This document shows, one piece after another, positions 54,301-64,000 of a stretch of DNA of 64,000 nucleotides. Positions within the stretch are counted from its first letter, which is position 1; the number at the start of each line of letters is the position of its first letter. The stretch is from Octopus vulgaris (lineage: Eukaryota). A program made the position numbers and the translations under genes. The stretch is taken from positions 77,438,001 through 77,502,000 of the forward strand of contig OX597818.1 of NCBI GenBank assembly GCA_951406725.2, in the 5' to 3' direction. Below the pieces are notes generated by a model. The model searched no databases and was not told where the DNA came from. It was given only the letters and a program-made list of their open reading frames with translations.

Positions 54301-57300
54301 CAAATCCGTCTCCAACATGGTACCCCACCACTTGTTGTGTTCCTTTGTGAGGTTCAGCTTCCTGAGATCAACCTTCACCACTTTTGCCCATATTTTCATT
54401 GGCCTTCCTTCTTCCACAAGATCTCCTGGCACTTCTTCAACTATCTCTCATCATCCATATACAGCATATGACTATGCCAGTGTAACTATTAACTCTTTTG
54501 CTACTGTATTTATTTTGAAATGCACTGTGTTTCTCTTAGTTATTTTAGCTATATCAAAGAATTTAGTAAAATAACTTAGTTATCATTAAGCTAGTGTTAG
54601 GAACATAAAATTGTGATTAAGGTTTGGTGGAAGATTTTAATTTAAAACTTATGAAAACAAGACATTTGTACTAACAGAGCCAGAGTTGGTTTCAGCCAGA
54701 TTGGTAATGTGTCAGTTCTTATTTGGCATTACTATCCTCTTAGACACTTTCAGAGAACCGTGTTTTGCTTGTATGTTCTAGTTTTGATGAGGTTTCTACA
54801 GCTAGATACCCTTATTAATGCCACCCACTATAACGGAGCCTGTTTAGTGCATTTTGTTGTAGTACCATCATTAGAGGAGTTGTCATACCATTAGTAAGGT
54901 TAAAGCATCCTATCTATATTGATTCTATTTACCAGTCACTTTCGTATGGCACCAGCATATTTGTATGGTTGTCTTGTTCCCTGCAAGACTGAAAAGTTGT
55001 CTTTGTGTGTTCAAAGCAGACATGACTGAAAAGGTGGGTAAAAGACAGAGATGCCAGAGAGAAATAATCTGGAGGAGAGAGCTAAAGGAGAGAGAGTATA
55101 AGTATGATGGGAGAAACAGATTGGTAGGGAAGTGAGTAATGGAAGAGGAGTGAGGGAAGGGGCATGATGTATGTCAGTAGTGATTGGAAGGAGTAATGTG
55201 AGAGAGCATGAAGGATTGGAGGATATTAACATATGTATAGTGTGTGCGTGTACATGCACATGCATATCCTAGCCCTTCTGCATCTGGCATAAAACTACCT
55301 CACTCAATGCAACCTCCCACCTCTTGAGGGGTCTTGTCTTGCAAGTTATTCAGTGACCTCACAAGTGCTGGTGCCATGGATAAGCACTCAGTAGACACTG
55401 TTTAGTGGTTGCTACCAGAGAGAGCATCCAGCTGTAAAAACCATGTCAAGCAGATGCTGGAGCTCAACATAGTCCTCTGGATTATTGGATCTTGTCAAAC
55501 CATCCAACTCATGCCAGCATGGAAAAAAGGATTGTAAATGAGATGATCATATATAAATATATGCACTGGACTCCTGAAAAGTTTCCCTCCATTAAATTCC
55601 ACTTGCAAGGCATTGATCAACTTAGTTACATTATTGGACACCTATCCAAGATGTTATACAGTAGGAAAGGTCTTAGAACGACATGATTATGTTTGTGCTT
55701 TGTTGTTTGTAACTATTTTTATTAGAAACTTAATAAAGTGCAGTTGTGCTGTTGGATATATGCATGTGTGCATGCATGTAACTCTTGGTTAAGACTTCAG
55801 GCTGTGCTACTTTTGACTGTATTGCCTCCAGGAAAAGCACCCATAAATCCATTATCGTGGTTGAATAATTATAGGCAGAACGTCTAAGCTGTTAAATTAT
55901 TTTCCCCAGCTTAACCAAATCTCCAAATTTAATAGAGCTCTTTCTCTCATACTAGCATTGAGTCAATGTGTGTGTAAATCAGTACTAAAATGAAGCACTA
56001 ATGTAATGTGGGTGATATAAAAATATTATTTGTTTTGTGGAATTTAATTCATTCAAAATTTCTATATATTTTTTATCCAGTTTTGAGATGATTGCTGTAA
56101 GAGAAATCTAATATTTAGGTTCCTTAAGTAAAGAAATAATAATAGAATAATTCAAGTAATGGAAGTTTTATAAGCTTTTTAAGTTTCTTGCTTTGATAAT
56201 CAGCAAGTTATGTATGTTTAGAGCACCCATAAAATATATATATACATATATAGGCACATGTATGGCTGCATATATTGGTGCAACAGTGGCTTTGTAACTG
56301 AGAAGCTTGCTTCCTGACCATGTGGCCTCAGGTTCAGTCCCACTGCACAGCACCTCGGGCAAGTGTCTTCTCCTTTAGCCCCAGACTAACCAAAGTCTTG
56401 TGAGTGGATTTAGTAGATGGAAACTGGAAGAAACCTGTTGTATATTTATCTGTCTGTTTATGTTCCTCCACATTGTGTGTGTGCACCCTTGCCTTGACAT
56501 CGTGTAATGGTTGTAAATGGGCATCAGTTTTATACAATCAGTGTTGTTCATTTCCTGTGTTCTGTGAAAAGCATCTCTGGCCATGGGGAAAATATTACCT
56601 TGCTTGGAAACAAGATGAGGGTTGGCAACAAGAAGAGTATCCAGCTGTAGGAAATCTGCCCCAACGAATTATGTCTCATCCATGCGATCATGGAAAAGTG
56701 AATGCTATAGTGGTGATGATGATAGAAAATGCACAAGCAACCTAGGATCTTTGGAGACATTCCTTTTAGGATCTTTTACAATAGCAAGTTTAGTTTCATT
56801 TCAAATAGACTTAGACAATTAGTCTTTCTATGAAACATGTTGTTTTAGGGTGTTTTTGTAGCAGTTCCTTCCCCTGCTTTACCTATGCCCATTTTAAGAT
56901 ATTTCTGATTGATGATCAACATAGTGGCATTTGTGGGTTGAGTTGTGGTCAGTGTGTAGCCACATTTCTCTAGGAAGATGAATGGTGTGAGTATCAAGTA
57001 GTTGAAGTTGTGAGTGGGTAGCATAAAAATGGTGAGTTTTGAGGGTCAGAAGTGTAGTGTGTGTGGTAGTGGTGGGGCTGAGCCAAAGGTTATAGAGAGG
57101 AGTGTTAAGAGAGACTAACGTAATATATTGAATGTGTTTATTTGGATGTTAGCCAAAATGTACGTGTGTAATTGTGTGTATTGATCCTGGTGTGTGAGTT
57201 TGTATAATAGTGTGGAATGTATGTAATAGGGTGAATGTAGATGTGTCCGTGTAATATATCAAACCTTTATGTGTGAAATAGTAAGAGTATTGTGCCAATT

Positions 57301-57664
57301 GTATATGAGTAGTGTACCAGATGTGAGTGTGTGTGTAATATGTATAGAGTTTTGATCTAGATGTGCAATCAAAAATGGTTTAGCTGGTGGAGCTAAATCA
57401 TCAATTTTATACAAGTACTAGTCAAGTACTGTGGTTGATGAAATTGAGTACACCCTTCCCTCAAAATTTCAGACCTTATGCCTATAGCAGAAAAGGTTTA
57501 GAATTATACCTTGCCTTGAGATGACAATATTCAATTTAAATAATAGTTGCTTCATGTTATAAGTATGTGTTTGTTTTATTATTTTGGTAGTATTCTTCTA
57601 CTTCCTATTTGTCATCTGTTATCATTTATCTGAAATAGAATCCAATTTTTTTGTGTATTTTCAG

Positions 57665-57714
57665 ATGGAGCAGCCTCAAAAGCTGGGGTGCAACAAGGGG
57701 ATAAAATTATCAAG
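57665..57714 (+). CDS. ARHGEF12: Internal exon (50 nt, phase 1-0) continuing the PDZ domain
   Basis: tttttgtgtattttcag| ... |gtgagt; in frame with the previous exon, giving (D)GAASKAGVQQGDKIIK, the GAA..AGV..GD.IIK motif of this PDZ family. The next exon (expected VNG...) was not found in the window. Confidence 0.95.
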
Positions 57715-58703
57715 GTGAGTTATTTCCACAGACTGAAAACACATTTTTTGTATTAAGACAAATGAAGCTTGTGGTACATTTTTTTTAGGAATAGATATTA
57801 TGAGTTCCTGATTTTATTTATTAGTACACATAGTGGAAACTGCTTATTGTGATAACTATAGAATGAAGCCTTTTTGCTAACAACAGCTAGCTGATAGCAT
57901 TAAGTAAAGGATATAACAATACATGGGCTTTTGCTTTTTACAAACAGGTAGTGTTTAATTAAAGGAGAAGTTTAGGACCCAGTAATTTTGCTAACAGTAA
58001 CCTTTGATACTTTTATCTATGAATTAAATATATTCCTCCTTCTGCATATTTATATACATATATGTCTCATGCATCTGTTATTCACTTCAGTCCTTTATAC
58101 TGCAGCTATGCTGGGGCACTGCCTTGAAGAGTTTAGTCAAACAACTTGGACTTCTGTACTTATTTTTTAAAGCCTGGTACTTATCCTATTGGTTTCTTTT
58201 ACTGAACCACTAAGTTTCAGGGGCATAAACAAACCTATGCTGGTTGTCATCTAAAGTTTGGGGACAACTACAACTATGCCATGTAAAGAGTACCTGTGCT
58301 GGTGCCACATAATAAACATCCATGCCGGTGCCATGTAAAAGCACCCATGCCAGTGCTGCGTAAAAGCACCCAGTGCACTCTGCAAAGTGGTTGGTTGGTC
58401 GTTAAGAAGGGCATCTGGCCCTAGAAACCATGCCAAAACAGATAATTGGAGCCTGGGCAGCTCTTGAGTAGGTCAGCTTCTCTCAAACAATCCAACCCTT
58501 TGGAAAATGGACATTAAATGATGATGATATATACACACATACCCACAGTAAGCTTCTTTCAGTTTCGCTCTACGAGATCCACTCACAAAGATTAGATTGG
58601 CTTGGAGCTATAGTAGTAGACATTCACCCAAAGTGCCACACAGTGGGACTCAACCCAAGACTACATGATTGGGAAGTAAGCTTCTCAACCACACACCCAT
58701 GCC

Positions 58704-58736
<33 letters not shown>

Positions 58737-61590
58737 CGCATGTGTGTGTGTGTGTGTGTGTGTGTTTGCAGGCAGACATGTCCTATGTGATCTGTTTCAC
58801 AACCAAGCGATTTCAGGTTCATTCTGAGTATGTAGCACCTTGGGTAAGTGCCTTCAACTATTGCTCAGGGCTAAGCAATGCCTTGTGAGTGAATTTGGTC
58901 GAAAGAAACTGTATGGAGGTTTATCATAATTGAACATACATGCTGCCATGGTTTGGATGGCTTGAAAAGATCCAGCAAGCTGGAGGACAACATTGCACTT
59001 CAGAATCTTCTTGGTTGGATGCCCTTCTTAACATCTATCACTCCACAGATTGTGCTGGGTGATTTGTTTTTGTTTTTCATAGTGACAGCACCAGTGAGGT
59101 CATGTTGAAAATTGCAGGACTTAAAAAGGACCCTTGGCTGAATGAAAGTGTGGCTTAAAAAAAAAAAAAAAGTTGGGGTGGTACTTTATACTAAGTGTTG
59201 AGAAGGTAAAATATGAAAGAAAGGACAGAAACAGGTATCTTGCTGTACAGGAGATGCATTGCTACCTTGCACTATATATGCTTTGTAAGGTGGCGAGCAG
59301 GCAGAATTGTGAGCATGCCAGGCAAAATGCTTAGCAGTACTTTGTCTGTCTCTACATTCTGAGTTCAGATTCCGACATGGTCTACTTTACCTTTCATCCT
59401 TTCAGGGTAAATAAAATAAGTACCAGTTGAGCACTGGGGTTGATATAATCAACTAGCCCTCTCATCCCAAATTTCAGGCCTTGTGCCAATAAATAAAAGG
59501 ATTATATATGTGTTGTGTAGGAGTGTATGCATGTATGTTCGCCTTCATCTCTCACTGCTTGACAAATGTTTTTGGTTTGTTTATGTCCTTTTAACTGAGT
59601 GTTTCAGCAAGAAGAGATTGATAAAGTAAGTACCTGACTTCAAATATGTACTGGGTTGATTTGATCAACCAAACCCTTCGAGGCAGACCTCTCTTATTTA
59701 CACATGATCCCTGTCTCTGTATTTTCCTGCTTCCTATTTTTATTTTTTGTTTCATTTTTCATTCTTATCCTCCTCCTTTCTCTCACAGTCCTTATTCATG
59801 CTCTCCCTCTCCCTGTTAGTTTGTTTTCTCTGACCCTCTTTCTCTCTCCCTTTCTTTCTCACATAGTCTCACATAGACACATTTTTTCCTCCTTTTTCAT
59901 TTTCTAATTTGCTTCTCACTCACCTTCTCTTACTCCCTTCTCACATCACTCCTACCATCTTTCACCCTCTCTCTTTCTCTAACACTCTCTAAATTCCACC
60001 CTCCTGTGTGCTTAAATACTACAACTGTTTAAAAAATGTTCAATCTCTTTTTCTCTGCGGCTCTTGTACACCCAATGTAATTAGCTCTTACTGTATATTG
60101 TGGCTACTGACGGCTTTACTGATGATCTCATACTTTTATTTAAATCTTGTAAACATAAAAAACAGATGTTGAATGAAATCATAGTGGAATGATAAACTAA
60201 ATTACTTGGGTTTAATTATTGCTAAACTTTGGCTTAAATCATTTCAGATTTTAAGACATAGTAACATGTACATATAAGTATACCTGCTTGCATGTACACA
60301 TACGCACGCATGCACACACACACACACACATGCACACACACATGTATATGCATACACATACATGTGCACGCACACATATATATGCACAGAACTATTCAAT
60401 TATCATCTTCATTTTAAAATCTGTTTGCCTGTGTAGCCAGCTATGGGTTAGACAGACTGTCACAATTTGAGCTGTTCTTATTTGGAATTACTGTGTTCAT
60501 AGATGGCTCAAAGCACCGAATCTTGCTCAGACATCTCCATTTTGTCATGGTTCCTATGACTGGATGCCATTCCTATCACCAACCACTTTACAGAGTGAAC
60601 TGAATATATTTTACTTTGGCACCAACACTAGAGAGAATGTTTTATCTTCAACAAGACTAAAGGGTCCTCTCAACCCTACATTATCTCTGCCTAATTTGCC
60701 AACCACTTCATTGTGTGAACCAGTGCATGTTATCATGGCACCAGCACCAATGAGGTTGTCTTGTAAATCACAATACTGAATAGTCTCCACTTTGCTGAGA
60801 AGGAGATGAACAGGAAGATGAAGTTTTAAAGATAGTGAGATAAAGAAAAGTATGATGGGAGGAATATATTTATTAGTGTGAAAGGGTATTGATGATAGAG
60901 GAGTGAATAACAGTAGCTACACTGCTGGTAGGAGTAATAGAAGAGAAAAACAATAATACCAGGAGTTAGTGGGAGAGAGGCAGTGATGGTAACTACTTGT
61001 TTAATGGTAAGAGAGTGAGTGATTGATGGACAGTTGTAAAGATGGGTAATGATAATAGAAGTGTGGTGTATGCCAATGATAAGTATCTTAGAGGAGAGGG
61101 TGTGGTTAAGTGTAATGATGGGGACAATAATTCCTCATTTCATAAGGTATTGTGAGGATTAGGGTTAGAAAGCAGAGTTGAATAATAAGTACGGTGGTGG
61201 GGTCGAATAAAGCTACACCACTGGACTTCTTGTATGTCTACAGCGGCTTTAGACATGCCTTATAGAATTTCTACCTATACCTTTCCTACATATCAAGTAA
61301 GGCCATTTCCTTGATGGAAACAGAGTGCTATCTATTGTCCAACTTACTAAAACTTTGATCTCTGACATGTGCATGTATGTCATCACTATCATCATCATCA
61401 TCATCATCATCCTGACATATGTTGGATGGTTTGACAGGGTTTGTTGGTCCCAATGACTACAATGTACTCCAGTGTCTGCTTTAGCATAGTTTTTATGACT
61501 TGATGATGCCCTTCCTGACAGCAACCACTTGTAGCGTGTAGTAGGTACTTATTTCATGCCACCAGCACTAAAAATGGTTGTATGTATGTG

Positions 61591-61628
<38 letters not shown>

Positions 61629-61630
<2 letters not shown>

Positions 61631-62033
61631 CGCAGGAGTGGCTGTGTGGTAAGTAGCTTGCTTACCAACCACATGGTTCCTGGTTCAGTCCCACTGTGTG
61701 GCACCTTGGGCAAGTGTCTTTTACTATAGCCTTGGGGCAACCAAAGCCTTGTGAGTGGATTTGGTAGATGGAAACTGAAAGAAGCCCATCGTATATATGT
61801 ATGTGTGTGTATATGTTTGTGTGTCTGTTTGTCCCCCCAATATCGCTTGACAACCGATACTGGCGTGTTTACGTCCCTGTAACTTAGCAGTTCAGCAAAA
61901 GAGACCGATAGAATAAGTACTATTCTTACAAAGAATAAGTCCTGGGGTTGATTTGCTCAACTAAAGGTGATGCTTCAGCATGGCTGCAGTCAAATGACTG
62001 AAACAAGTAAAAGAGTAAAAAGAGTAAAAGAGT
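61629..62033 (+). mobile_element. Full-length family 1 SINE copy
   Basis: Highly similar to 45373-45783 from the GGCGCAGGAGTGG head to the (GTAAAAGA)n tail. Confidence 0.9.
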
Positions 62034-64000
62034 ATATATATATATATATCCTTTCAAAAAATTTATCCTTATTTGGTAGCTTTGAGTTTTCTACTGCTCT
62101 TTCTAGTACAAGGCTTTCATATTTGGAAGCCTCTTATTGTATTTCTATATTTATATATAAATGCACTCATGTATGTATTGTATGTGTATATTTATGTTCC
62201 ACACTGCCATTGCTTGATTGAAGCAGTGCTGATGTTGGTATTACTTGTTGACATTATGACCTGCTGCTCTGTGCTATTTGTAAATTTGTGGAATAATAAA
62301 ATAACTTCAAAAACAGATAAGGGTTACTGACAGGAAGAGCATAGAGCCATAAAGTTCTTCTTCAAATAACTCTCCATCCAAACCCTTGCTAGTATGAAAA
62401 AAACCCAAAAAACAGATGTTGAATGAATGATGAGAAATTGTCATGTTTTTCTGTGTTGTCTACAAAATCTTATGTTTTTTGTAATTGAGAAAACTTCTGG
62501 TGAATTTGTCTCTTTTGTTTCATTGTACATACCCTATATCATGTCATATAAAACATTTTTCATCCAAAATTGTGTCAAAAATATCATCCTGGCTCCTATA
62601 TGCAAAGTTGGACCTCCCACAAGCTTTAATACACCAAAAAAGATTTTTTTTTTCTTCTCTCAATATGTACTGCTGAAATCGAAGGCACATCTCATATATT
62701 CACACATCTTTTTATGCACTCAAATACAGTAATTTGGTTTAGCAGTCTCCATCCCAGTCCACTGTATCATATATATTTGTTTACCACTATTTAAAACCTA
62801 TGTTTTTTTGTTATTTTTGTTTTTGTGCTATGATTTATTAAAGCACTTTTTGTTAGTCCTGTGGGCATTTCTTAACCCCTGACTCTAACCTTGACCTCAA
62901 TATAAAACCAGTTTTACTCCATTGTTTCAGTTTTGTGGAAATGTCTTCAGTGCCTAAATAACATAAATGATTGTAGGTGTGGAGGAATTAAACTCGAAAA
63001 GAGCACCATAAACAATGATTGCTATTTTATCTTACTGGAATCACTGGTTAAACAGCCTAGATAAATATAAGAAGGGTGTAGTTGAAAAATCAACCCAGTA
63101 CTTATTTTCAAGTTTGGTATCTTATTTATTTGATTAATCTCTTTTGCAGCACTACTTTACATTACAGGGACATAAACAAACCAACAGTAACTGTCAAATG
63201 GTGGCAGAAGAGAGGGTGCACAAACATAAAGACACACACACACAACATGCTTCCACATAGTTTCCATCAACCAAATTCAGTCATAAGGCATTGATCAACC
63301 CATGACTATATTAAAAGACAGTTGCCCAAGGTGGTGTGCAGTAGCAGTGAGATTGAACCTGACACCACTAGGTTTTAAAATGAATTTCTTAACCACAGAG
63401 CCACCTTTTAACAAACCGATGTGAATGTAGCAGCTGAGATTTTGAGGTGATGTACTTTTGAATTAAGCAACATGCAAATTCATATTGTCACCTAAGGCAA
63501 GACAAGATATTTTAGTTAATTTAGCTGCAAATAATTAACAAGCTGACTGATTCATGTGAGGAGGCAATGATAACCAGCTCCACATAAAACACCTGTTGTC
63601 AGAATTTTGTTCTGAATTTTCACATTTGTGTAATCTTTAATTGAAGAAATTTATGCAACATAGAAAAAAAAGAACTAATTTCACTTGTTTCCATTTTTGA
63701 ATCTTTATAAGATTTCTAATTAAGTGTTTTTTTTTTGTATTTGTATATTTATTTATTTATCAACACTTAAAGATGAATCATGTTATCAGTGTTGCATTAA
63801 GTAATTATTTTTATCTCTAGATTTTATCTCTGATTCTCTGGAGTTTCATGTTAATCAGTTTTGTTGGGTACCTTTCAGTGTTTTAGACTTTTACTGAGAA
63901 ATATATTTGTGGTAACATTTGAAATAGCGGCAAGTACCACTTCCTTGTTTATCATAGGCTATATGATACGGTTGATAAAGAAGCAATGTATATGTGTCAT

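Noticed and set aside
62918-62954. Minus-strand CUGAAGA...GAAAC hammerhead-like string
   Set aside because: Stem II barely pairs, position 17 is G, and there is no stem I.
63821-63870. Possible next RhoGEF exon after tttttatctctag
   Set aside because: Phase-0 translation ILSLILWSF does not give the expected VNG... PDZ continuation.

Overview
Eukaryotic, AT-rich, repeat-dense animal DNA. The SINE families and abundant (TA)/(CA)/(GA)/(CAT)/(AAT) microsatellites point to an octopus genome (inference). The window lies inside one + strand gene, the invertebrate ARHGEF11/ARHGEF12 (PDZ-RhoGEF/LARG, RhoGEF2) orthologue. Three short exons are supported (9972-10057, 25967-26065, 57665-57714; phases 2-1, 1-1, 1-0), separated by 15.9-kb and 31.6-kb introns. 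The introns hold tRNA-derived SINEs, RLE (R4/Dong-like), RTE and CR1/L2-like LINE remnants, Tc1/mariner, hAT and TTAA MITEs, and Penelope-like (GIY-YIG) remnants. Nearly all ORFs in the supplied track are microsatellite or repeat artefacts. Two observations stand out. (i) About seven minimal type-I hammerhead-ribozyme motifs whose 3:8 core pair covaries (C:G, G:C, U:A), two of them next to Penelope-like remnants. (ii) A young, CpG-rich, highly structured 356-bp unit in 2.2 tandem copies that resembles a retrozyme or reverse-transcribed circular RNA but lacks a canonical ribozyme. All alignments and folds were done by eye.
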